Positions 1-9,463 of a DNA stretch of 64,000 nt are shown piece after piece. This stretch comes from an uncultured bacterium. GTDB taxonomy: Bacteria > Hydrothermota > Tepidihabitantia > Tepidihabitantales > Tepidihabitantaceae. The stretch spans positions 58,971 to 122,970 of the forward strand of contig CAYPNB010000003.1 in assembly GCA_964412225.1 (NCBI GenBank), read 5' to 3'. Every line of letters starts with the position of its first letter. Positions within the stretch are counted from its first letter, which is position 1. The notes beneath the pieces were generated by a model. That model was not told where the DNA came from. It worked only from the letters and a program-made list of their open reading frames with translations, and ran no database searches. The position numbers were made by a program, and so were the translations under genes.

Positions 1-1
1 G

Positions 2-1252
2 ACAATTGAACTCCAGGCGGCAGAGGTGATGAAGGTTAAACGAGCGGAAAGTTCAATAATTACCGACCCATTTTCTGTTACACCAGAACGGACGGTGGGA
101 GAGGTCCGGGAGATGTTCTCCCGGTATAACATCTCCGGTTTACCGGTGGTGGATGAAAAAGGGAAACTGATTGGCATTGTAACTCGCCGGGACCTACTAT
201 TTGAGGATGATGCAAGCAAACCGGTAAGAGAGGTAATGACCAAAAACGGACTTGTTACGGCGCCGGTGGGAACCAGTTTGAAACAAGCCCGTGAGATTTT
301 AAAAAAACACCGTTTGGAGAAACTGCCGATTGTAGATGAACGAGGGAAATTGAAAGGATTGATAACCGTTAAAGACATCCTTAAACGGGTTGAATATCCC
401 TATGCTACGGTGGATAGCAAACGACGACTACGCTGTGCGGCAGCTATTGGGGTAGGTAAGGAGGCAATAGAACGGGCCCGAGCCTTACTTGCCGCTGAGG
501 TGGATGCGATTGTGATTGACACCGCTCATGGTCATTCCGCTCGGGTAATTGAAACCGCTCAAAAACTGCGTCGCTTACATCCTAACTTGGAACTGGTTGT
601 AGGTAATGTTGCTACTGCTGAGGGTGCCTTGGCTCTGGCACGGATAGGTGTGTCGGCGGTAAAGGTGGGGATTGGTCCGGGGTCAATCTGCACGACGAGG
701 GTCGTTGCCGGTGTCGGCGTTCCACAACTTTCGGCGATTATTGAGTGCGCTAGTGTGTTGAAACGATTCCGGATACCGTTGATCGCCGACGGTGGCATTA
801 GGTTCTCCGGTGATATTGCCAAAGCGCTGGCAGCCGGTGCTGCTTCGGTTATGATGGGTAATTTACTTGCCGGGACCGATGAAAGTCCGGGTGAAGACGT
901 TTTACTGGAGGGAAGAAGGTATAAGGTTTATCGGGGAATGGGGTCCATTGATGCGATGCGTAAAGGGTCCTGGGATAGGTATTTTCAAGAAAGCGGGGCA
1001 GAACTGGTGCCGCAGGGAATTGTCGGACGGGTGCCCTATCGCGGTAGTGTGAAAGAAGTTCTTTTTCAACTGGAAGGTGGTTTACGGGCAGCGATGGGGT
1101 TCTGTGGTGCCCGGACTATCGCTGAGTTTCAGAAGAAGGCAAGGTTTGTCAAAATTACCAATGCGGGGCTGCGAGAAAGTCATCCTCATAGTATTACCAT
1201 TATTAAAGAGGCGCCCAACTACGAAGCACCGCCGGAAGCAAACATTAAGTAG
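2..1252 (+). CDS. guaB: IMP dehydrogenase with CBS pair (5' truncated by window edge)
   Basis: Frame is open from position 2. CBS domains, catalytic [23 protein letters not shown]-like and YRGMGS motifs. Confidence 0.97.
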   Translation, partial: TIELQAAEVMKVKRAESSIITDPFSVTPERTVGEVREMFSRYNISGLPVVDEKGKLIGIVTRRDLLFEDDASKPVREVMTKNGLVTAPVGTSLKQAREILKKHRLEKLPIVDERGKLKGLITVKDILKRVEYPYATVDSKRRLRCAAAIGVGKEAIERARALLAAEVDAIVIDTAHGHSARVIETAQKLRRLHPNLELVVGNVATAEGALALARIGVSAVKVGIGPGSICTTRVVAGVGVPQLSAIIECASVLKRFRIPLIADGGIRFSGDIAKALAAGAASVMMGNLLAGTDESPGEDVLLEGRRYKVYRGMGSIDAMRKGSWDRYFQESGAELVPQGIVGRVPYRGSVKEVLFQLEGGLRAAMGFCGARTIAEFQKKARFVKITNAGLRESHPHSITIIKEAPNYEAPPEANIK

Positions 1253-1273
1253 TTCCCGGTCTAGTAGTTGGTT

Positions 1274-2623
1274 TTAGACTGGGGGTAGAGGAATAAACCC
1301 TTCTTTCATCATCCACAGGGTTAACTCGCGCGCCTGCTTAATTTTTTCGGTGGCGATTTTCAGTAGCTCTTCACGGTTCAGGGTGATTCGCGCAACTCCC
1401 TGTTCAATTGCCTTCATTCCTACTGCTACCGCCTCGCGGGGAAAGACCTCCCAATCATCCATCGTAGGAATGAGATAGTCTTCACGCAATCCTCGGTCTT
1501 CGGCTACTTTGGCAAGTTCCAAGGCGGCGGCAATACACATTTCGTCGGTTATCGTTCGGGCATTGACATCAAGTGCCCCGCGAAAGATTCCCGGGAAACC
1601 CAGTGAATTGTTTACCTGATTGGGAAAGTCACTTCTTCCGGTTGCGACAATCCGGGCGCCAGCTTCAGTCGCCTCCCAGGGCCAGATTTCTGGAATTGGA
1701 TTCGCACAGACAAAGACAACCGGGTCTTTTGCCATTGCTCTGATCCACTCCGGTTTGATAATACCCGGTCCTGGAGTAGAGAGTGCAATAAGAACATCCG
1801 CTCCTTTCATAGCGTCAGCGATGGTGCCGCGTACATTTTCGGCGTTGGAAATCTGACACATATGCCACTTTTCTTTAAACTCTTCCTGAAGTTCGGTTCT
1901 ATCTTTGTGAAGGGTGCCTTTGGAATCACACATGATGATGTTACCGGGTGTAACACCACCCTTGATGATGACCCGGGCAATGGCGATGTTTGAAGCTCCG
2001 GCACCGAGCATTGCCACCTTTACCTTTTTGATGTCTTTGCCGACAATCTTTAAAGCATTAACCAGACCGGCGTAGGTAACCGCTGCGGTGCCCTGCTGGT
2101 CATCATGCCAGACCGGAACGTTCAATTCGGCACGCAGGGTATCTAGAATCCGGAAACATTTTGGCTGGGCAATATCTTCCAGATTAAAGCCGCCAAATGA
2201 AGGTTCAAGCAACTTCGCTGTCCTGATGAACTCATCCGGGTCTTTGGTACGCAGGGCGACGGGTACTGCATCAACACCGCCTAAGTATTTGAAGAGCAGC
2301 GCCTTGCCTTCCATTACCGGCATTGACGCCTCGGGTCCGATGTCGCCGAGCCCGAGAACACGGGTGCCATCGGTTAAAACACAGATAGTATTTGCCCGGT
2401 TGGTATGAATAAAGGAAAGGTCAACATTTTTCTGAATTTCTTTGCAAGGAGCGGCGACCCCGGGTGTGTACCAGATGGCAAAATCGCTGAAGTCCCGAAT
2501 GCAGCACTTAGGTACAACCTGATATTTGCCCCGATAAAAGGGATGTAATTTCAGAGCGTCCTCTGCCGGCTTTTTTGCTTTAATAATTAACTGTTCTACC
2601 TCTGCTGGAGAGAGTTTTTTCAT
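1274..2623 (-). CDS. mae: NAD(P)-dependent malic enzyme, short type
   Basis: YTPGVA, TDGTRVLGLGDIG, MEGKALLFK, NLEDIAQPKCF, HDDQQGTA, ATGRSDFPNQVNN; SD AAAGGAG. Confidence 0.95.
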   Translation of the reverse strand: MKKLSPAEVEQLIIKAKKPAEDALKLHPFYRGKYQVVPKCCIRDFSDFAIWYTPGVAAPCKEIQKNVDLSFIHTNRANTICVLTDGTRVLGLGDIGPEASMPVMEGKALLFKYLGGVDAVPVALRTKDPDEFIRTAKLLEPSFGGFNLEDIAQPKCFRILDTLRAELNVPVWHDDQQGTAAVTYAGLVNALKIVGKDIKKVKVAMLGAGASNIAIARVIIKGGVTPGNIIMCDSKGTLHKDRTELQEEFKEKWHMCQISNAENVRGTIADAMKGADVLIALSTPGPGIIKPEWIRAMAKDPVVFVCANPIPEIWPWEATEAGARIVATGRSDFPNQVNNSLGFPGIFRGALDVNARTITDEMCIAAALELAKVAEDRGLREDYLIPTMDDWEVFPREAVAVGMKAIEQGVARITLNREELLKIATEKIKQARELTLWMMKEGFIPLPPV

Positions 2624-2646
2624 CTTTTTACTCCTTTCGCTTTAGA

Positions 2647-3861
2647 TTATTTTTTCTCGACCCGGGGTGATTTTAAGAATAGAACGACAATCGCTGCGAC
2701 GAAACAGAAAAGAGCGGTAAGGACAAAAGCTAAGTTGTAGTTGCCGGTAATTTCTTTTACACGCGGGGCGAAGATATTGGCGAGCAATCCGCCAATTCCA
2801 TAAGCAGTAAAAACCAGTCCGTAATTTACCCCGGAATATTTAGTTCCGTAATAATCAGCAGTAACCGCTGGATAGAGTGCCAGATAACCCCCAAAAGTGG
2901 AACCAACCAGCGCAATGCCGATCCAGAAAATAAATGGTGCCGTCGGGATTAAAAAATAGCCGATAATGGCAATGGCATTAATAAGAAACATCAGAAATAA
3001 AGAGCGCGTCCGACCAATTGTGTCAGAAATTCTACCCCAAAAAATTCTTCCTAGAGCGTTGAAAATGGCAAGAACGCTAACCCCCAGAGCTGCGACTTCT
3101 TTGGTAAACCCGGCCAGTTCTTGAGCGATGGGTGAAGTCTGACCGATGATCATCAGTCCGGCAGCACAGCCGGCAAAATAAGTAAGCCAGATGAGCCAGA
3201 ACTGACCGCTGGCGAGCATCTGGCCGGGAGAGAAGTCAGTGCGGGTAGTAGTGGTACTCTGCGGCGGAGTCCAGCCAGCGGGTTTGTAGCCGGCTGGTGG
3301 GGTACGTAAAATTAGTGCTCCGATGATAATCAGAATGAGATAGGCGACACCGAGATAACGGAAAGTGGCGAAACAACCTAAGGCGTCAATCATCATCCGG
3401 GCAAGCGGGCCAACAATTAGAGCCCCAGCGCCGAATCCCGCGACCGCCAGCCCGGTGATTAAACCCCGTTTGTCCGGAAACCACTTTACTCCGGTAGAAA
3501 TCGGGCACACATAGGCAAAACCGATGCCGATGCCCGAAATAATACCGTAGGCGATGACCAGCATAGAGATACTCTTTGCAAAACTGGCCAGGATCATTCC
3601 GAAGGCGAGAAGAACACCACCGACGATGGCAATAACGCGGGGACCAAATTTATCCTGAAGGCGTCCACCCAGTACAGTGGCAAGAGCAAAGAAAATCAGG
3701 ACAAAAGAAAATGGTAATGAGGCCTGGGTGGAGGTAATATTTAGCGTCCCTTCTAAAGGTTTACGAAAAACGCTCCAGGCATATATAGCACCAAGACACA
3801 GTTGAATAAGAATGGCACCCGGAACAATTAACCAGCGATTAAAATTTTTCTCCTCGGTCAC
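2647..3861 (-). CDS. MFS transporter, oxalate/formate antiporter (OFA/OxlT-like) family
   Basis: 12-TM pattern; LGAIYAWSVF, GGRLQDKFGPR, KWFPDKRGLITG, YYGTKYSGVNYG. Confidence 0.9.
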   Translation of the reverse strand: MTEEKNFNRWLIVPGAILIQLCLGAIYAWSVFRKPLEGTLNITSTQASLPFSFVLIFFALATVLGGRLQDKFGPRVIAIVGGVLLAFGMILASFAKSISMLVIAYGIISGIGIGFAYVCPISTGVKWFPDKRGLITGLAVAGFGAGALIVGPLARMMIDALGCFATFRYLGVAYLILIIIGALILRTPPAGYKPAGWTPPQSTTTTRTDFSPGQMLASGQFWLIWLTYFAGCAAGLMIIGQTSPIAQELAGFTKEVAALGVSVLAIFNALGRIFWGRISDTIGRTRSLFLMFLINAIAIIGYFLIPTAPFIFWIGIALVGSTFGGYLALYPAVTADYYGTKYSGVNYGLVFTAYGIGGLLANIFAPRVKEITGNYNLAFVLTALFCFVAAIVVLFLKSPRVEKK

Positions 3862-3897
3862 TATGCCCCCTTTTGTTTATTGGGTGATAAGGAGAGG

Positions 3898-3928
3898 CAG
3901 GGGTGCTGGTTAAATCCCAGCACCCCTG
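3898..3928. other. Perfect 12-bp stem-loop between acs and the MFS gene
   Basis: CAGGGGTGCTGG-TTAAATC-CCAGCACCCCTG. The T-tract follows only on the + strand, antisense to the operon. Confidence 0.7.
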
Positions 3929-3935
3929 TTTTAGG

Positions 3936-5837
3936 TTACTCATCAAGAGTTGAGATGTCGCCCACCGGTTTGCCTAGGGCTTCTGCCTTGAGCACTCGGC
4001 GCATTATCTTGCCGGAACGGGTCTTGGGGAGTTTATCCCGGAACTCAATTGATTCCGGTCGGGCTATCGGTCCGATTTCCTGAGAAACCCATTTCTTTAA
4101 CTCCTCAGCCAGTTGTTCGCTCGGTTGAAACCCCATCTTTAGTGTAACATAGGCTTTAGGAACATCGCCTTTTATCTCATCAGGAATGCCAATTACCGCT
4201 GCTTCCGCTACTGCTGGATGGGCAACCAAAGCGGATTCAATTTCTGCGGTACCGAGCCGGTGTCCGGCAACATTGAGCACTTCGTCAGCGCGTCCCCGAA
4301 ACCAGAAGTAACCGTCTTCGTCCCTTGTACAGGAGTCGCCGGTAAGGTATTTACCGGGGAAGCGCGACCAGTAGGATTGAATATAGCGGTCAGGGTCTTT
4401 ATAAAGCGTCCGAAGCATAGATGGCCACGGGCGTGTAATCACAGCAAATCCGTTTTCATTTGGTTTTATGGGATGTCCGTCTTGAGTTACTACGTCAGCT
4501 GAATATCCAGGTAGGGGTTTTGTTGCTGATCCGGGTTTTAATGGTGTAATTGGAAGGGGTGAAATTACAAATGCGCCGGTTTCTGTTTGCCACCAGGTAT
4601 CCATAATCTGAAGTTTGTCGCTGCCAATGTACCTCCGATACCAGCGCCAGGCTTCGGGGTTAATCGGTTCGCCAACAGAACCTAAAATGCGGAGCGAGGA
4701 AAGGTCATGTTTTGCCGGATATTCTTCACCAAAACGCATAAACATCCGGATGGCGGTAGGGGAGGTGTAAAGAATAGTTACTTTCTCTTTTTCAATGATT
4801 GACCACCACCGATCAGGAGCCGGGTAGTCGGGTGCACCTTCGTATAACACAGATGTAGCACCATTCATGAGCGGTGCATAAACGATGTAAGAGTGTCCGG
4901 TTACCCAGCCAATGTCGGCAGCGCACCAGTAGATATCGTTCGGTTTGATGTCAAAGACAAATTTCAATGTTGTATAGGTACCTACTCCGTACCCCCCATG
5001 AACGTGAACAACCCCCTTGGGTTTACCGGTAGTACCGGAAGTATAAAGGATATAAAGAATGTCTTCGGCATCCAGTTGCTCGGCTGGACACTCGTCAGCT
5101 TCTTTTTCGGTTAATTCGTGCCACCAAAGATCCCTGCCGGGTTTCATTTCCACCGGGTTACCTGCCCGTTTGAAGACTATACAATGCTCAATTGAGGGAC
5201 ATTCGGCAAGTGCCGGATCGGCATTCGCCTTCAGGGTTACCAGTTTTCCCCGGCGATAAGCACCGTCCGCGGTAATTAGAATTTTTGCTTCAGCGTCCTG
5301 GATTCGGTCGCGCAACGAAATAGCAGAGAAACCAGAAAATACCACCGAATGAATCGCGCCGATTTTAGCACAGGCGAGCATTGCCACCGGTAACTGGGGA
5401 ATCATTGGTAGATAAATTGTTACCCGGTCGCCTTTCTTTACTCCCAAACGTTTCAGGGTGTTAGCGAATTTGTTTACTTCCTGGTAAAGTTTGGTATAGG
5501 TCCATTTTTCTACTTCTCCGGGTTCCGAATGGTAGATATAGGCAATTTTGTCCTTAATCGCGGTTTTCATGTATCGATCCAAACAGTTGTGGGCAATGTT
5601 GAATTTGCCGCCAATAAACCATTTATAAAACGGCGCTCCGGATTCATCTAGAACCTTGTCCCAGGGTTTGAACCATTCTAGTTCCTTTGCCATCTCTCCC
5701 CAGTACCACTCAAGATTCTTGGCACGTTCCAGAAGTTCGTCCAAGGTTTTGATACCGTGTTTTTTCATAAACGCCATCACATTGGAGTTTTCAACTAACT
5801 CCGTAGGCGGTTGGTAAAATTTCGGCTCATCTGCCAT
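3936..5837 (-). CDS. acs: Acetyl-CoA synthetase (AMP-forming)
   Basis: [43 protein letters not shown]; SD AAGGAGG. Confidence 0.97.
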   Translation of the reverse strand: MADEPKFYQPPTELVENSNVMAFMKKHGIKTLDELLERAKNLEWYWGEMAKELEWFKPWDKVLDESGAPFYKWFIGGKFNIAHNCLDRYMKTAIKDKIAYIYHSEPGEVEKWTYTKLYQEVNKFANTLKRLGVKKGDRVTIYLPMIPQLPVAMLACAKIGAIHSVVFSGFSAISLRDRIQDAEAKILITADGAYRRGKLVTLKANADPALAECPSIEHCIVFKRAGNPVEMKPGRDLWWHELTEKEADECPAEQLDAEDILYILYTSGTTGKPKGVVHVHGGYGVGTYTTLKFVFDIKPNDIYWCAADIGWVTGHSYIVYAPLMNGATSVLYEGAPDYPAPDRWWSIIEKEKVTILYTSPTAIRMFMRFGEEYPAKHDLSSLRILGSVGEPINPEAWRWYRRYIGSDKLQIMDTWWQTETGAFVISPLPITPLKPGSATKPLPGYSADVVTQDGHPIKPNENGFAVITRPWPSMLRTLYKDPDRYIQSYWSRFPGKYLTGDSCTRDEDGYFWFRGRADEVLNVAGHRLGTAEIESALVAHPAVAEAAVIGIPDEIKGDVPKAYVTLKMGFQPSEQLAEELKKWVSQEIGPIARPESIEFRDKLPKTRSGKIMRRVLKAEALGKPVGDISTLDE

Positions 5838-5897
5838 TTTTCCTCCTTTAGTAGATTATTATTTTCCTTAACGAGTCTGGTGCCTTACCAGAAAGTC

Positions 5898-5925
5898 AGT
5901 ATATTAAGTGTATTGGTAATGTCAA
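5898..5925 (-). promoter_or_regulatory. sigma70-type promoter of the acs operon
   Basis: TTGACA-N16-TATACT on the minus strand, 60 nt upstream of the acs ATG. Confidence 0.8.
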
Positions 5926-5977
5926 GCGAATACAATATCTAAACGAAAATCCTTTAACGATGGCACCTACTTTATAA

Positions 5978-5993
5978 ACCGCTTTAAAGCGGT
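5978..5993. promoter_or_regulatory. 16-bp perfect palindrome (operator or short terminator hairpin)
   Basis: ACCGCTTTAAAGCGGT, about 50 bp upstream of the acs -35 and just downstream of the C25 gene stop. Confidence 0.45.
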
Positions 5994-6029
5994 CGAAAAG
6001 GAGGGATTCTTCCCTTTCGTCTTATTATT

Positions 6030-7652
6030 CTACTTTGTTTTCAGAATCTTTAAACCCGGTCCAGCCGTTGGATTGTTAATAAAACAGAGATAAACTCCCG
6101 GCGGGCATTGACTTCCGTGTTCATTCGTTCCATTCCATACAATGCCGCTCGTAGCATCGTGCCATTTTCTAATCATATTGCCAGCGGGGTCGAATATGGT
6201 TACGGTTGCTTTTGTCGCTGGTGTCCACATTATGTGGGTGGTCTGATGGAAAACATTGGGGAAAGCGGCAAATTGCCAATTGCCGAGAAATTGGTGAGTT
6301 TCTTTAATACCCACCTCGGTGACAGGAACAATAGTATCGTAAGGGTATAAGTTATGACCCGTGACTACCAAGCGTAGTTTACCGGTGTCGGTAGGGGTAA
6401 TATTAAATACAATAGTACCGTAGTTGTCAGTATACCCGTATTCGTATACTGATGTGTCCATTGAAACACAGATCAAAGCGTTAGGAACTGGTTGGCCATT
6501 AAGAGAGACAAGTACAGCGAATTCCTGGGGACCGGGAGAGATTTCTACTGGATGTTCAACCGTTGGTGGTTTTGGTGTCGCGGTCCAGATGTCTAAATCC
6601 GGGTCACCGTAAAGGTTGAACCCCCGATACTCGGCAACATCGGTAAATATCCGATATAACGAGTCTTTGGCACGAATCATCGCTTTACCCAGTTTGTATC
6701 TTCCTTCTTGAAATACTGCTTTAAAAAAGGCGCGGGCGACCGTGCTTCGTTTAAGTACCGCTGTGGTGCTGCTGTTAAGTGAGTGGGTATTGCCAAAAAA
6801 GGCGACCGCACCCCTGAGGTTGTTTGCCGTTCCTGCTTTTATCCAGGCTTCGCCAACCATAGATTCAGCCGGGCTTAGTGACATTGTCTGGCAGGTAATT
6901 GATAAAATTATCGGTAATTTTTTTCCGTTATTTGTAAGAGCGGGATTCACCGCAAATGGGTCGTACCAGTTGCCCACTCCGGTACCCCGATAGAGGACCA
7001 TCGCAGTGCCGTTGGTGACCGAGTTGATTACATCTGTAGCGGTGTTACCACGAGCACGCGATAAAGAATCGCATCCCACGAAATTGTGGGATGCAGATAA
7101 ATGGGCAAAAATGCGCACATCATTCCAGTAGATCGTGTCGTCGGAATCGTAATTTTCCCGTATCACCGTAGTAATACGACGCATCCAGAGGCTATCGGTT
7201 AAATCAGGTGTTTTTGCATAAGCAAGAGTTTTGGCAACCATTACACTGCACTGTTGCGCAGAGCGAGCAGGGAATCTTCCTACCGGGATATCCATAAACA
7301 GGTCGCCATTCACATCGCCATAAATGTTATCGGAATAATAACTCCAACCCTGTTGAATTCGGTAATAACGGGCGGGGAGATTAGCCGGTGCTCCAACCAG
7401 CAGGACGTATTCCGGTCTGATGGGCCAGTTGTTGTAGGCATTGCGGATATAGTTTTTAATTGCGGTTGTGTCACTGCCGATTTCGGACAGTTTTGTTACT
7501 TTGCATTTCATCCCTGAAAAGTATTTCCATTCTGCCAGGGGTTGAATTGCCGGAGCGAGGGCGTCGGTGGTAATGATTAAATACCTTGCCCCTTCCTGTC
7601 CATAGAGGAAGGTTATGCAGAAAAGGGCAGCGGTCAAAAGTTTTATTTTCAT
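6030..7652 (-). CDS. C25 (gingipain-family) domain protein with Ig domain and C-terminal sorting/FlgD-like domain; catalytic His position is Thr
   Basis: Signal peptide; YLIIT, YVLLVG, YYSDNIYG, IPVGRFPA, LYRGTG, SITCQT, NLYGDPDLDI; C-terminal WNGTN..G..CPPGVY. Confidence 0.88.
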   Translation of the reverse strand: MKIKLLTAALFCITFLYGQEGARYLIITTDALAPAIQPLAEWKYFSGMKCKVTKLSEIGSDTTAIKNYIRNAYNNWPIRPEYVLLVGAPANLPARYYRIQQGWSYYSDNIYGDVNGDLFMDIPVGRFPARSAQQCSVMVAKTLAYAKTPDLTDSLWMRRITTVIRENYDSDDTIYWNDVRIFAHLSASHNFVGCDSLSRARGNTATDVINSVTNGTAMVLYRGTGVGNWYDPFAVNPALTNNGKKLPIILSITCQTMSLSPAESMVGEAWIKAGTANNLRGAVAFFGNTHSLNSSTTAVLKRSTVARAFFKAVFQEGRYKLGKAMIRAKDSLYRIFTDVAEYRGFNLYGDPDLDIWTATPKPPTVEHPVEISPGPQEFAVLVSLNGQPVPNALICVSMDTSVYEYGYTDNYGTIVFNITPTDTGKLRLVVTGHNLYPYDTIVPVTEVGIKETHQFLGNWQFAAFPNVFHQTTHIMWTPATKATVTIFDPAGNMIRKWHDATSGIVWNGTNEHGSQCPPGVYLCFINNPTAGPGLKILKTK

Positions 7653-7700
7653 AGGTTCTCCAGGAAAAGGGGGTTAGATTTTCTCCAGTCCATAATAAAA

Positions 7701-7728
7701 ATTATATTACTTGAATGGAGACTGTCAA
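7701..7728 (-). promoter_or_regulatory. sigma70-type promoter of the C25 gene
   Basis: Exact consensus TTGACA-N16-TATAAT on the minus strand. Confidence 0.88.
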
Positions 7729-7739
7729 ATGTGTATTAT
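7711..7739 (+). promoter_or_regulatory. sigma70-type promoter (leaderless) of the DUF2520 operon
   Basis: TTGAAT-N17-TATTAT, then 7 nt to ATG 7747; no SD. Confidence 0.6.
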
Positions 7740-7746
7740 TAGCAAA

Positions 7747-8487
7747 ATGGGTACAATCAGAGTAAAAATTGTCGGCCGCGGGAAAGTCGGTACCGCATTT
7801 TCCTGGCATTTATCTCGATTAAAATACCATGTGGTGGATAGTAGAATTCCAGCCGGGGCGGTTGATGTAGTTTTCATCACGGTGCCGGACCGGAAAATTT
7901 TTTCGGTGTTCAAAAAAATTCGCAATCAGCTTAAACCAGGGGCGTTAGTCGTTCACTGTGCTGGTGTATTCGGAATTGAAGTATTCAAAGGAGCTGAGAA
8001 GCGGAAATTGGAAACACTTGCTTTACATCCGGTGAAAAGTTTTTCCAATGTGAAACAGGCAATTCAGGATCTCCCGGAAGGATATTTTGTTTTGGATGGA
8101 ACTCTTAGGGGTTTAACTTTTGGAAGACAGTTGGTCAAACAGTTAAAAGGAAGGGCAATAGTGGTTCGGAGTAAGGACCGGCCACTTTATCATGCGATGT
8201 GCGTTTTTGCCTCAAATTTTATTCACCCGTTATTCTGGGGCGTAGAGAGAATCGCCAAAGAGTTGGGGTTTTCTGAAAAGAAAAGTCAGACGATAATGCT
8301 GCCACTAACGATGACTGTTTTAAAGAACATTGCCGCAAAAGGTTCAATTAACAGTTTAACCGGGCCGGTGAAGCGGGGGGATTGGTTAACGGTGAAAAGG
8401 CATTTGAGCGCACTGAAAAATCGGGTACCGGAAGTTGCACCGCTATATGAAGATTTAACCGAGTGGTTGAAAAGGCTGAAAGGATAA
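7747..8487 (+). CDS. Rossmann-like/DUF2520 oxidoreductase (PanG-like)
   Basis: IVGRGKVG, FITVPD, HCAG, LHPVKSF, YHAMCVFASNF, LTGPVKRGD. Start moved to ATG 7747 because the ORF-track start lies inside the promoter. Confidence 0.88.
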   Translation: MGTIRVKIVGRGKVGTAFSWHLSRLKYHVVDSRIPAGAVDVVFITVPDRKIFSVFKKIRNQLKPGALVVHCAGVFGIEVFKGAEKRKLETLALHPVKSFSNVKQAIQDLPEGYFVLDGTLRGLTFGRQLVKQLKGRAIVVRSKDRPLYHAMCVFASNFIHPLFWGVERIAKELGFSEKKSQTIMLPLTMTVLKNIAAKGSINSLTGPVKRGDWLTVKRHLSALKNRVPEVAPLYEDLTEWLKRLKG

Positions 8488-8488
8488 A

Positions 8489-9463
8489 ATGGGCAAAAGA
8501 AGTGTTTTTTTTAGAGTAATTATTCCTTCGCTATTGATTTTCTCTGTTTTGTTTTGCGCCAAGAAGATGCTGCCGCCGAGTCCGGACCGATTCCCCCCCC
8601 GGCTTTTGGAAGCCACCTCCAGAAGCCGGGCCCAGGTAGAACTGCTGTTTGATGAGGAAATTGACCCGCGGCGGCTTGCTCCCGAGAGTCTTGTAATTGT
8701 CGGCGGAGAAATCAGAGGTATATCAATGGGTAAGACTCAATCCAGAATCTTAGTCTGGACACAGCCTCAAAAATCCCAAAATTATGAAATTAAAGGGGCG
8801 GTGTGGGACATCGCGGGAAACCGGGGGAGATTTCATATCAACTTCGTCGGTTCCTCACGGATTGATACCATTGTGCCGCGAACGGTTGAAATTGAACCAG
8901 CACCGGGGAGCGCGAATTTGAACCGGGGGATCAGAATTAGGGTTCGGTTCAGTGAGCCGATTGATACCGCTTTGCCGCTTGATTTCGTAATTATCCCCCG
9001 AAAATTGGAAACTACATTTTCTCGGTCCTGGTCACCAGACTGGCAGGAATTACGGTTTATTCACCGGGATTCAATTACATCAGGGCAGAACTGCTATTTT
9101 TTACTTTTTTCTGGAATAAAGGACCTGGAAGGGAACAGCAGCATTGCTCCTGTCTGGACTTATTTTACTTCCGATTCGGTATTTGACGCTGTAAGGGTCC
9201 GGGGTAGATGTTCGGTAACAAAGGGGGTGGTGTTTTGGAATCAAGAGCAGACCGAGGCGGTTGTGCCGATTTTAGCCGACGGCTCGTTTGAGTTAAAAAT
9301 ACGGCCGGGGAGATATCTGGTGTTTGGTGTCGGTGATACCAATCAGGATGGATTGGTTGACCTTAAAAGTGAGGAGGTTGAATTTAATACCAGTGCCGAA
9401 AGCCTAAGGCTGCTTTTTGGTGCCGAGTCTTTACCCAGAAGGATAAATGAGTATTGCCGTTAG
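8489..9463 (+). CDS. Ig-like (Big_5-type) domain lipoprotein
   Basis: Hydrophobic leader then C-AKKMLPPSPDRFPP; two Ig repeats (ELLFDEEID, RVRFSEPID, IKDLEGN). Confidence 0.65.
   Translation: MGKRSVFFRVIIPSLLIFSVLFCAKKMLPPSPDRFPPRLLEATSRSRAQVELLFDEEIDPRRLAPESLVIVGGEIRGISMGKTQSRILVWTQPQKSQNYEIKGAVWDIAGNRGRFHINFVGSSRIDTIVPRTVEIEPAPGSANLNRGIRIRVRFSEPIDTALPLDFVIIPRKLETTFSRSWSPDWQELRFIHRDSITSGQNCYFLLFSGIKDLEGNSSIAPVWTYFTSDSVFDAVRVRGRCSVTKGVVFWNQEQTEAVVPILADGSFELKIRPGRYLVFGVGDTNQDGLVDLKSEEVEFNTSAESLRLLFGAESLPRRINEYCR

Noticed and set aside
5961-5976. sigma54-like TGGCAC-CTACT-TTATA on the + strand
   Set aside because: The -12 GC is missing and the motif points into the 3' end of an opposite-strand gene.
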